DNA of 64,000 bases from Pecten maximus (taxonomy: Eukaryota). The notes under the pieces are model-generated. The model saw only the letters and a list, made by a program, of their open reading frames with translations, made no database searches and was not told where the DNA came from. Every line of letters begins with the position of its first letter. Positions within the stretch are counted from its first letter, which is position 1. The stretch covers positions 42,718,001 through 42,782,000 of the forward strand of contig NC_047021.1 of assembly GCF_902652985.1 (NCBI RefSeq), given 5' to 3'. A program made the translations under genes and the position numbers. Shown here one piece after another: positions 1 to 13,300 of this stretch.

Positions 1-1296
1 GCAATATGCATAACTAGACACCAAGGGGAACATACATATGAAATTTGAGAAAGATCCCTTCAGTACTTTCTCAGAAATAGCGATAACAAACTTCAATTGT
101 CAAAATCCAAGATGGCTGCCTGTCGGCCATGTTGTTTTCCGATTGGTCTCAAAATGCAATATGCATAACTAGGCACCAAGGGGAATCTACATATGTAATT
201 TGAGAAAGATCCCTTCAGTACTTTCTCAGAAATAGCGATAACAAACTTCAACTATCAAAATCCAAGATGGCTGCCTGTCGGCCATGATGTTTTCCGATTG
301 GTCTCAAAATGCAATATGCAGAACTAGGCACCAAGGGGAACATACATATGAAATTTGAAAAGATCCCTTCAGTACTTTCTCAGAAATAACGATAACAAAC
401 TTCAATTATCAAAATCCAAGATGGCTGCCTGTCGGCCATGTTGTTTTCCGATTGGTCTCAAAATGAAATATGCATAACTAAGCACCAAGGGGAGCCTACA
501 TATGAAATTTGAGAAAGATCCCTTCAGTACTTTCTCAGAAATAGCGATAACAAACTTCAATTATCAAAATCCAAGATGGCTGCCTGTCGGCCATGTTGTT
601 TTCTGATTGGTCTCAAAATGCAATATGCATAACTAGGCACCAAGGGGAATCTACATATGAAATTTGAGAAAGATCCCTTCAGTACTTTCTCAGAAATAGC
701 AATAACAAACTTCAATTATCAAAATCCAAGATGGCTGCCTGTCGGCCATGATGTTTTCCGATTGGTCTCAAAATGCAATATGCAGAACTAGGCACCAAGG
801 GGAACATACATATGAAATTTGAGAAAGATCCCTTCAGTACTTTCTCAGAAATAACGATAACAAACTTCAATTATCAAAATCCAAGATGGCTGCCTGTCGG
901 CCATGTTGTTTTCCGATTGGTCTCAAAATGCAATATGCATAACTAGGCACCAAGAGGAACATACATATGAAATTTGAGAAAGATCCCTTCAGTACTTTCT
1001 CAGAAATAGCGATAACAAACTTCAATTGTCAAAATACAAGATGGCTGCCTGTCGGCCATGTTGTTTTCCGATTGGTCTCAAAATGCAATATGCATAACTA
1101 GACACCAAGGGGAACATACATATGAAATTTGAGAAAAATCCCTTCAGTACTTTCTGAGGATTAGCGATAACAAGAATTGTTTACGGACGGACGGACGGAC
1201 GGAGGGACGGACGGACGGAGGGAGGGACGGACGGACCACGGACCACGGACGCAGGGCGATTTGAATAGCCCACCATCTGATGATGGTGGGCTAAAA
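1..1296. mobile_element. Helentron/HINE-type non-autonomous element carrying a 155-bp satellite array (left end outside the window)
   Basis: About 7.5 tandem 155-bp units (GCAATATG recurs at 1, 156, 311...), then an (ACGG)n microsatellite at ~1183-1235 and a terminal hairpin TAGCCCACCATC-TGAT-GATGGTGGGCTA followed by an A run. This architecture is typical of bivalve HINEs. Confidence 0.75.
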
Positions 1297-1374
1297 ATAA
1301 AAAAATAACATTATTATTTTTCATCTGTGAAATGAATCATTAAAATCGGCTTGATTTCTGTATTTGGTACCTAC

Positions 1375-4300
1375 CTCTGAAGGATAACAGGTGGATTAGG
1401 GGGACGTGGAAAGTTAACATGGAGCGTCTGAGTAGAAGGGTTGTAGCGACAGGTACCCCTCTGTCGCCCTCCTCGGTGAATACGGGCGACCACTCCGTGA
1501 TTATCGGGCTGTCGGGTCAACAGAGGATGGGTGGCCATCACATTACTGGGCGCCGGAGGCACGACTGTTGGCACTGAAATAAACAAAGACCGAGTCAGTG
1601 CCGGTCAGATTTGGAACTAGGCAACGCCTCTCAATACTGTATAATGCTTTTAATTCGCACAATGTCAATGTCACAACATCAAATGCTGGTTTCTGATGAA
1701 TCACATTTCATTATCTTTTGAAATATCCAAAACAACAACAATATATGAAGATATTCTGTGTATGATACGGCAAATGTCAGACAACACAACACCAACAGTA
1801 CCGTAGATAAAAGTCGGAAGTTTCTGAGGTAACCGAGAGGCTGTGCTGTCCAACATATCACAATACAGTAGCTAATTGTCCAGGGGTCACAGCGCGAAGT
1901 GAAAGCACGGTACAGTAAAGAAAGTTTACCTGCCAGCTCATTCCCATTATCATTGTCGTGTATGGAGATGGGGCATTGTAAGCCGTTATAGCCGTGCAGC
2001 TGATGGCTGTTGTCCAAGGGATTGAAAATCACATGCTGGTTTCCTACAAGTCAAGAGTAGATAGTATAACACATCACAGCACTCGGGCTGGCACACCTGC
2101 TACTCATAATTCATGTGCGGCTTTCTATAAAGATGGCTTCAACTGAATCCTACCAACTAGGTCAAGAGTCCTATGACTAGGTCAGCAAGGACTCCCATCT
2201 AGGCTCAAAATTAGGTTCCTGTTGGTCAGGAACCTAAAAACTAGATCACGAATGAGGAAAGAATCCTTCCCATCACATTCCTCTGAGTAATAGTAGACAA
2301 CAAATACTTCGTATCTAATCATAAAGACATTTCTGAATTCAACAATCAATCCAACACGGACACTTCATCAGATGCATCAGAAACCTGCCTTACTCTCTCT
2401 TTGACAACCCTCAATTTGTTTTAAGCGACAATCCTGCCTGGCTTGTCTTACTCAGACATTGAAATCAGTTGATCTGTTCTAAGCCACAATGCTGTCGGGC
2501 AATCAGATGAGTAAGATATATGTTTATCAACTGGATGAAACCAATGTTGGCAAATTAATCCGTAACCATGTATATGCCATTTAATTTGTCAACCTGTTTC
2601 CTCCAATCCAGTTATAAGTCCACCTAGGCAATCATCCAGCACGAAGCCTGCTGTGAACAAACCTTTTAAGTTTCCTAATAAGAATCCTTATACTTGAAAT
2701 CTATTGTGAAGTTACTATAATTCTTCTTTAATGAAGAACTTAAAATAAACCATCTGTGGCTAATCTGATGATTTCCACGACTACAAATAATTTCCTAGTC
2801 ACAAGTTTTCAGTGAACATATACTAAACAAACTTTACAAACTTAAAAAGTTATTCAGAACTATGAAAATTCAAAAGGGGATGTGTGAAAGAATCGTTTTT
2901 TCTAATAAAAATAGTTTTGAAATCCACACATATCACGCACCAATCGAAAAGCATTAGGACGGTTGACCATACACCTCTTGGACATTTAGATTCCTGGTAT
3001 GTCTCGATGACAAATACGTAGATTGTGATATCACTGTATGACATTGCGACATTTCTCTTCAGTTTTGTCAGACAAACGAAAAAACGCCAACAAGCTTTTA
3101 CCATGAATGCTGAGTTGGTCACTCACTACACAGTTCATCACTAATACTTACCTAGGGGAAACATCATATCTTCCATATTAAAGACGTTGTTTTCGTCGTG
3201 GAACTGGTGGCCTGAGGGGGTGTCAATCTCTAGATCGTTATAATCATCCTCATCTTCTGCTTCCATATCGGACCCCTGAAAATGTACAGTATACAAAATC
3301 TCCTTTAACATATCACTCAGAAGTATTTACTCAAATTAGGTATTACAAGACTAAACTAATGTATTGTTCATGAAAACAGAATTCAGCACTCACATGAAAT
3401 AGACTAATGTGCATTTCTTTCCTTTACAAATATAAACAAAAACGCTCCCTTGTGAAAATTATCTTCTGTATTTAAACTTCCGTGGGGAAATTTCTAATCA
3501 AGCCTCAGGCCTATCATTAAATATCATCGATTTTCATGTTTGTGATGTCGACTGATATTTTCATCATTGGCTTTTTGAACATTCACATTCTATGTCTTCC
3601 CAGTCTTTACTATACACACCTCTTCATCTTCTTCATCATCGTCATCATCATCGTCCTGGTCATCATCATTATCTCCATCGTCATTGTCATCTTCGTCTGC
3701 ATCCGATCCACTCTCAGCAGAGTCGTCATCGTGTACATCAACTGAAAGCCAAAAGTATTTTTATGACCAAGGGTGGAGGTAACAGAATTGCTGACATATA
3801 ACAATGTTGTGGATTTTAAGAGAGAAACAAGACACTCACATCTCTCCTATTACAATATATTACTACATCATCTTAAAATTGAGATTATTATTTTGTAAAG
3901 AAGAAAAGTTCAATTATTCCTAGTGATAATTTGAGTGGTGTTGCCTTTATAAAAATCCTCCGAATTTTTCCTTTTTCTATCTTTAAGAATCTAAAATTTA
4001 GAAGGCAGGTTTTCAGCACACTTACAAACCCTGATTAACAGACCTTATATACAACTTGGAAAATAACGTAACAATGTAACTTTGTCAATTTCGGCACTTG
4101 CCGGAAATAAAGAAGTAATATCCATGGTTTTGTAATGTTAAAAGTCCTATCAACTTCTAAGCCGACTACATACAGTTAGGTATTCAGCCAACAATGAGTA
4201 TTGAAATATCCCTGGAAATTAAGTATTTTTCATTGTTTCCCAGAAATTTGTAATAAGTGTAGTTAACTATAAAGTCAGCTAGGAAGCTAACCATGAGTAT

Positions 4301-7300
4301 TGTCGTCGCCTTCCTCATCCTCTATGGAGATTTCCTGGCTGACAATGTGAGAGTCGTGATGATCCATCTCCTCTACATCTATCAGCTCATCGTCCCCATC
4401 ATCTCCATGTTCATCCTGTTCTGACGCTTGGCTAATGTCCTCTGAATAAATAATCATTTCATTAATACCAACAGTAATAATTTTACCAAGACGTAATACT
4501 TGCACGACTAAATCTTTCTTTCTTTCTTTTTTTTTTTTGTTATCTTGTCATTTGAATCTTGGAACCATATTTAAAATCAAACATTTCCTAGTTTCCAAAT
4601 CTAAGCAACTATTCAAACATAAGACACGAATTGCCTATAATATGCCGGCATCGTTTTTAAATCATACAAAAATTTGCATCATTTTATTTTCACTCTAAGA
4701 AGCTTCCACCTATCTGTAAGTCCTGTTTTCTCCAACTATTCATAAGTCACTAAATTTCTTTTCTTTTTATGACAGCTGTAACTTTACCTGTTTCCATCAC
4801 AATATCAGCCAGAACTTCTCTCTCATTGTCCAGGTTTGCGTCTCTGTTTAGTAGTTCATCTATAACATCTTGTAGCTGGGAGCCAGGCTAAAGACAAATC
4901 ATACAAATATTTTTACTAACAATCCAGAAAGTGTCAAGCCTCAAACTTTTCATTCAAAAGAAGTTTCAAATTACTTCCCATGAGTCATGTGTTCTGTATT
5001 AAACCAAACATATTTCATACGTCTTAATATCCTATATGGTACAGGTCTACATTATACATACATCAGGATTATCCAGATCATGTTCCGGTTCCTCAGCTTC
5101 TAGAGGTTCAGCTTCCTCCAGGTCGCCATGCTGCTCTGCCTGGTCTGTGATATCCTCAATTGTCACATCTCTAGCCTGGCTCAGACTCCCTGTACCGCCC
5201 TCTGCGGCTGTAAAGTAAATGAGGGTATTCGTTTGTAACACATGATATCTTCTTAAGGTAAATACAACAGCAAATTCCTTCCCTCCAACAATCAACTTTA
5301 TCTCCATAACACTCTAGGTATTCCTTGAAACCCCGAATATGTTCCTGTAACACCACAGTCATTCCCTAAAACCCCTATCTATCCCTGTAACACAGACATT
5401 CCCTAAATCCCCTATCCCCATAACACCCCAGTTATTCCCTAAAACCCCTATCTATCCCTGTAACACAGACATTCCCTAAATCCCCTATCCCCATAACACC
5501 CCAGCCATTCCCTAAAACCCCTATCTATCCCTGTAACACAGACATTCCCTAAATCCCCTATCCCCATAACACCCCAGTTATTCCCTAAAACCCCTATCTA
5601 TCCCTGCAAGACCCCAGATGTTCCCTAAACCCCAGAACACCAGTTATTCCTTAAAATCTATCTATCCCTGTAACGCCCCAGTCATTTCCTAAAACCCTTA
5701 TCTATTCCTTAACACCCCAGATGTTCCCTAAACCCCTATCCCTGTAACGCCCAAGTTATTCCTTAAAATCTATCTATCCCATAACCCCCAGACATTCCCT
5801 AAAACCCCCTATCTATCCCTGTAAGACCCCAGACATTCCCTAAACCCCCTATCCCCGCAACACACCAGTTATTCCTTAAAATCGCCTATCTATCCCATAA
5901 CCCCCAGACATTCCCTAAAACCCCTATCTTTCCCAGTAAGACCCCAGACATTCCCTAAAACACCCTATCTGTCCCTGTAACACTATTATCTTACCTGTGG
6001 TAGTGTTCTCAGTGGCCGATTCCTGTCCAGTAGTATGTTCACCCAGGTCCAGCTTACCCTTCGTCTTAGCTGCAACACCTTGTATGGGCTGGTTGACACT
6101 GCGGGAGAGAGTTTCAAGGGGCTTGAGGGCCGAGTTAATAGTGTTAGCCATGTAAGGGCTGGATAGGTCGAGACTATGTGGTATCCTTGCCAGATCAGTC
6201 ACCACGCCCTTCTTCAGCAGGCTCTTCACAATGTTATTCATCAAAGTTTGCTGGCCCTTGAACACCTCGTTGGGCACTTGACCAGGACTTGGACATGACT
6301 CGATGATGATGCTGATGAGGTTTGTCAAGGATTGTATGCGCACATGTTTCTCCGAGCTCTCTGGATGACATAGGGATCGTTGCAGGGCATTTTTTATCTC
6401 TGTTACAAGTGCCATCTGTGCATCTGGCCGGTTATTACAGGATGCGATACTCGCCACAAACACTCGCGACAGTGCTGGGCAGTCTCGGTCTCCATATACC
6501 TGACACTGAGGCAACAGGTGGTCTAATACAAAGGCCAGCACACTGCACTCCTGTAAAACAAAGAGTTTAGGATTCGCTAGTTATACCACCAAGTAACATC
6601 ACTATAACTAAATCACAACGGATCAATTGCATTACATGGTCATGAGAACAAGTTACTGGTATTCAAGTCTTTGTATATTGACACAAGTTGCACGGATCCT
6701 AAAATATGGGTTAACCAAGCATTACACTAAACAAGTTCTCAGTTCTTCAAGTTTAACAGAAGGTTCGGCATAATTGGCCCGCAAGACTGGAACAGTATGA
6801 AGCTCAATGTCTTATATACCGAGTATTACAATATACTGATATTTGAATGTATTTATTTTGCCAAAAGTTGAAACACTACCGAAATTTAACTGATACTTAA
6901 ATTTTATCTAACTGTCCAATGACCAGACAACACATATTTAACCTGAGTTCAGTCAATCTGACAACAACTTACCTCAGGCACAAGTTCTGACTGACCACCA
7001 GCATACACGTGTTGTGTAATAAGCTGTGTACAACTGCCGTAGGACTTGACCATTTCTGACAGTAACCGGAGGATAAGTGATTTTGGCATCAGAAGACTCT
7101 GTTTGCGACTATCCTCCGCTGACTTAGCGTCCTTTTCTTTGGTCTGGTCTCTATTTCCTCCCTGATCTGCGGTTAAATCTGTCTGACTCTGGAAACCAAA
7201 ACAAAACACTTCGATAAATTCGAAATATTTTTTCATCTACTGAAAATCACTTATATTTCAGGTGTGATTTATTTTTGCATTAATATGCCAGGAGTCAAAC

Positions 7301-10300
7301 GTGAATTCAAATCTGTCTTATTTGTACTAAAATGACACCTGAATGGATGATGGCCAAACTATTGTTTACCAAAACAGTATTGCAGAGTTCCGAAGTCATT
7401 TCTAGATCATGTTAGTTACTGAAATTGTGTATTTGCGAATATGTGTGAAATGATAAATTTGCAAAAGAAAGTATTCATGAAATGCAAGTGATTTACAGTA
7501 TTTGCATGTATGCTTTAATGATTTCCAATCCAGGTTTAAAGGGCAACAATGATATCTGGCCAATTCTTTTTATCCCAGAAATACATGGTCAGGCCTAATA
7601 TTATAACCTCCACGACAATCACAATACTGTAAATGTGGGAACTTATGCTTTTGATCATATAGTTTTTCGAAATTGCAATATCAATCTCCTGCAAAATAAG
7701 CACGTATACAGTACACAAAGGTGAAATTTCACAATATTTTATACTGCTTTTTTGTGTGTGTATCTATAATGAAATTTTATCACTTTGAATCCTCCAATTA
7801 TTTTGCCAAATGTAGTTTCTCGTAAAAACATACAGTGGATTCCTCTTCTGGCTGAAGTTCAGCTGAGCTGTTTTGGCGGACCATGTTGGCTTGTCTCTCC
7901 TGGAGCTCTCGGGACATTTCTGCGATGGCCTCGGAGAGTGGCTGAGCGGCCTTCACTTCCATGCCTACACTGGTGGCTGTAGGTGCTGGAGTAACACAGA
8001 GTAAATGTTAGACCTTACCCATGTCATTAATCTTATCTCTACAGCTCCCATTACTTAAATTCAAAACAACCTGACTTCATTGGCTATCAGCTCCATTGAA
8101 GCCTGCTCTTTAATAAACAACCCACTTCACAACTTAGAAAATGAAATACAATTTTGAACTTCACAACTTAAATGAAATACAATTTTGCTTAGAAATGCAG
8201 AATAATTTTGTAGCATGCATAAATTAATACTTTTTAATAGTTTGGACATGTCGTATGATTTCTACTTTATCTAACAATAAGTGAGCTGAACAAAGAAAAA
8301 TTTCTATAATCACATAAATTGGAAACTTAACGAGACCTCACCTGGTTCCTTGTAGTTACATTTGACAATAAGGCAGTTGAGAAGGTCGTAAAGCACCTCC
8401 TTTATAGGAGATTCCACAGTATGGGCGATCACTTGCTTCGTTGATATACTCTTCAGGATTTGCGGTGCATTTGGACCATAAAATCGACTCTCATCTTCAT
8501 CTGTACAAATAAATTTATTATCTTTGTTTAATTTGCATTGTCTTTAAAAAATATAGATCATGCTTCTATATCTTTTTCAGATTTCTCTGTTACAAGTTGG
8601 CTGACAAGAGAATTTTTCCTTTCCCAGTACATATCTTATTCTGATTCAGCATTTACAGAAAGGATAAAAGTAATTAAGGTTTCTATATACTGTAAGGATT
8701 TTTTGAGGACCAAATCTGATTTTTACTAGACACATCAGGCTGATGGCCTGTAGTCTAGACAGATGACAGTGAAGTCAAAACAATGTGACATAATAATAAG
8801 TCAATGACATAAAATATGAATACAGTTTTTTTTAAAATATATGACCTTTCGAAAGAACAAGCAAAAGAATCAATCACTTTGTGATAAAGATATGTCTGAT
8901 TTTAGGATTATTGATAAAGCCATGTTCCGAACAAAAGGAAATGACATTACTCTCTTGAGATTTCTCTTAAGACAAAAAGATTACCCCGTTTGGAAGGCCG
9001 TGGGAGTGCTATCCTGAGTGTGTTACGAGCCACTTCAGTAAACATGCCGGGGTTACGACAGGCAGCTGGCCCCAGAACACGTAATACATAGTGTAGTTCT
9101 TTAGAGCCCATACTGCCCTGTTGTACGCCACTCAGACTTGAGCCAGACCCTGATGTAGCCTTCTTGATTGCCTGTCAAACCAAGGAGTTCAGTAAATCCA
9201 TGTATCAAAATATTTTACCCCTGAATGTTAAATATTTATCATGGAAAAACAAGCAGATGCCCAATATTTCTTTTGATGCATAATTTCAGTTATAAATCTT
9301 GATTTAGTGGTCTCTATTTCTGCAATTTTTAAAGAAGTCTTCATGGGTAATTCAACTAAATGTAACACCAGATTGTAAATACAGATAGATGAATATTTGA
9401 AAGTTTATTTCACAGATTATTTCCCTAATTTTGAGAATCCCCCATTTTGATTTAAATTGTTCCTCATTTAAGCCTTTCGCCCCTACTAACCATATTGGAC
9501 TTCAAATAATGAATGAATGGCAGAGTCCACTAAAGTTTCTTAGGGTTGAAAGGGTTAAGAGAAGGGATTCCTCTAGATTTTTTACCTTTTCCATACAGTA
9601 CTTTAGAGAGGCAGGTTCCTCTAGGATATGTCTAAAGATGAGTGTGGCTAGTGACACAAAGCCCTGGAAAGCTGATGCTTGCGTGAGATTCAGTAACACT
9701 TTCGGCCCTCCAAGTTCCGCAAACAAAACAGCGTATTTATGCTCTCGTGTTAGTCGTAAGATGAGGCGCAGGGCTGCGTGAAGACTCTCGGCTTCCACCG
9801 GAATGTTTAGAAGGGCTACCACAGACCTGTAATAGGATAAAACCACAGTGAAACCTGTCTAATCTGACAGTTTGTAGAAACCTGTCTAAACTGACGCTGT
9901 GTAGAAAACCTGTCATATCTAACAATTTGTAGAAAACCTGTCTAAACTGACGGTGTAGAAAACCTGTCTTATCTGACAGTTTGTAGAAAACCTGTCTAAA
10001 CTGACGATGTGTAGAAAACCTGTCTTATCTGACAGTTTGTAGAAACATATCTAAACTGACGATGTGTAGAAAACCTGTCTTATCTGACAGTTTGTAGGAA
10101 CAAACTGTCTAACCTGACAGTTTGTAGAAAACCTGCCTAAACTGCCGGTGTGTAGTAAAACATGTCTAATCCGACGGTTTGTAGGAAATAGCAAACTACT
10201 ACCAATGGAAAGGCAAAGAGAAATTTTGAAATCTCTTTGATAAACTCACCTGATAACGCTGGTCACTTGATCAGAATTTAAGCCATTTACAATCTTTGTC

Positions 10301-13300
10301 TCCCTTGTTATCTTTCTCTCCACAGGTTCTGTTTCCATCTTACTCTCTACAAAACAAGAATAAATTCAATTTGGTAACAGAGTTGTTATACAAGGAAAAT
10401 ATCTACTCCATGGGAAACTCAAAAGAGATTTGTCAAGCTATTTTTCAATGTGAAATACAAAACAGCATTGACATAGCCCTAAGAATTTTAGTTTTTCTTT
10501 TGTCCTGGAAAATTACTGTGTACATTGAATGCATGGAAGGTGCACATCAGTTGTTATCTAAATCATTATTCATAGCATGATACAAAGTAAAACATTTACT
10601 ATCAGCGAATTATTCCTGAAATATGGACACTGTTCGATCAGAAATATTAGGATACTTATAATGCAGAGGTTGGGAAGAGCAATTAGCACTGCGTTAAGAA
10701 CACATATTGGCCATTTGCTATTCAAATATATATAAAGACTTCAAATTTTCTATCTATAATCCAGAACTCCAAGGTCTAACCCTGTCCTTCCCGATCCCGG
10801 ATATGGTAGACAATATTAGTTCATACATACCAGACACAGGGCTGGGCTGAGACACCTCTCCTTCCTTGTTGGAAACCTTTTTGTCCCCCTGTTCTGCCTG
10901 TTGTTTCTCCTCCACTGTAGGCAGCGTCAGCATAATGGGGCGCCTGTTACCGGTCTCTTCATTAACCTGAAGCACAACATTTTGTCACATGTACTACAAC
11001 AGTCACCTGTTCATATGATTCTCAACTCTTTCAGCTTGTATTTATAACGAAGAGTATGAGAGAAGAAAAGTCTCCAAAATTAATTTTTCCTTTTTATGGC
11101 CCATTGACAGTTGAAATAAAATTTGGTTTATTTTGTTTAACATCCTATTAACAGCCAGGGTCATTTAAGGACATGCCTGGTTTTGGAGGTGGGGGAAAGC
11201 TGGAGTACCCGGAGAAAAACCACCGACCTACAGTCAGTACCAGGCAACTGCCCCACGTGGGTTTTGAACTCGCAACCCAGAGGTGGAGGGCTAGTGATAA
11301 AGTGTTGGGACAACTTAACCGCTCCGCCACCACGGCCCCCTTGAAATTACACATCCTCCATTTTCCTAAAAAAAAAGTAGAGCACTACCACAATAAAACT
11401 TGATTGATTTTAGCCGAGTCCCATTAATGGGATTAAAACTTGGTAAAGAAGCTGAATGATCTTACCTGCATCATTGTGTTAAAATGAACTGTGTACCTCC
11501 TCCTGCCAGCTTGAAACCTACAAACCAGAGCATCAATATAACATCTGTCAATATAGCAAAATTATAGAGGAGAAACAAATGTGTTCCCAAACATGTACAG
11601 GGCGTAATACTCCCCCATAATGATGGACATGTGACCGGTCAGTGTTCATTACCACAAATGGACCAAACTTTTGTGTTCCTGACATGTATAGAACATCGAC
11701 TTACAAATTAGTATGCCAATTTCAGTAAAATAGATACATCCCACAGGAGGAATTAGAAATTTGTTCTAGGCATGGTAGGTGTAGGAGAAAACGTTTATTA
11801 TTATATGGTCCTGTTTTGATGAATCACTTCTTTCAGTGAACCTTGAGTGCAGTGTTTGCTGGGATACCCTACAGTAAACCTTTAATACCGACACACCTGT
11901 TGGTGTTACGAGACGTAACCAGTTAATACCGACACACCTGTTGGTGTTACCAGACGTAAACAGTTAATACCGACACACCTGTTGGTGTTACCAGACGTAA
12001 ACAGTTAATACTGACACACCTGTTGGTGTTACAAGACGTAACCAGTTAATACCGACACACCTGTTGGTGTTACAAGACGTAACCAGTTAATACCGACACA
12101 CCTGTTGGTGTTACAAGACGTAACCAGTTAATACCGACACACCTGTTGGTGTTACAAGACGTAACCAGTTAATACCGACACACCTGTTGGTGTTACAAGA
12201 CGTACCTGATGCTGGACTCTCCGGCCTGGTAAGCATCGTCAATTGTCTTATTGTTACCCAGGCTGTATTTACACCAGCGCCCTGTGCTATCATCAAACCA
12301 CTTCCATGTGTGACTGGCCGCCTGTCAAAATTAAATAACTCAATTTGCTATCAAAATTTAAAATGACAGTTATCTATGGCGTTTTAGATGATTTGGGGGA
12401 AAACAAAAATTTGTCACAGATTTAATTGGTATCACAAGTTCTACTTCCTTTCCTCAGTCACTACCAATATATCATCAAGGATAATATGACATATGCTTGT
12501 CTATGATATACTCATCACTGGAAAGTTTCTGCGACTCTGATCATATTCAAGATGTAAAATAGAATTAGGATCTATTTTGAATTGTTGTGTTTTAAAACAA
12601 AAACGTGTATAAAGTATTACATTTGTGTTTCCCCTTTGTATTAAGTTTTTTAATAGAGCCTGCTAAGACAGTTGGAACACACACACACACCAATTGAAAG
12701 AGAAACTTACCAGTAATTTCTCGGCATCCACCTTGCGTCTCGATATCACAGATACTTTTTCATACAGGTCCAACAATAGCAGTAGAGGAGCTAACCATCT
12801 GAAACACAAAGTTCAATAACTGAAAGTGCTATAAACTACAATTTCAATAGTCATATCGCCAACTCGCATTCTATACAATTTCATTTTCAGAAACATTCAA
12901 AAGCATTCTAAACCTTCAACTGAATGTCTATCGACTAATCTTCCATTGGCCACTACCAATATATCATCAAAGCTATTATGACATATGCTTGTCTATGATA
13001 TATTTATTACTGGAAAGATTTTGATATTTAATCTGGAAATTTTTTTATAGTTAGTACAATATTTGAGAAATTTTATACATTATCAAAATCCTAAATCTCT
13101 AGAATTCTGCCACTTTTCAACACTTTATTATTATTATTATTATTTTCATCTTTCCTCAGTCACTACCAATATATCATCAAGGATATTATGACATATGCTT
13201 GTCTATGATGTATTCATCACTGGAAAGTTTTTGATATTTAATCTAGCAGATTTTTTGAAAGTTGAATGCAAATACTTGAGAAATTGCCACTTTTCAATGC

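Noticed and set aside
2854-3141. Possible C/D snoRNA or scaRNA (GTGATGA at ~3135-3141, CTGA at 3069/3059/2854)
   Set aside because: The C box is only ~10 nt from the 5' splice site, and there is no convincing guide or terminal stem.
3536-3804. His-rich, Ile-rich and Met-rich ORFs
   Set aside because: Alternative frames of the Asp/Glu-rich HUWE1 exon at 3620-3741.
12490-12502. 18S rRNA fragment (CATATGCTTGTCT)
   Set aside because: Only 13 nt match; it is the complement of the snoRNA guide, not rDNA.
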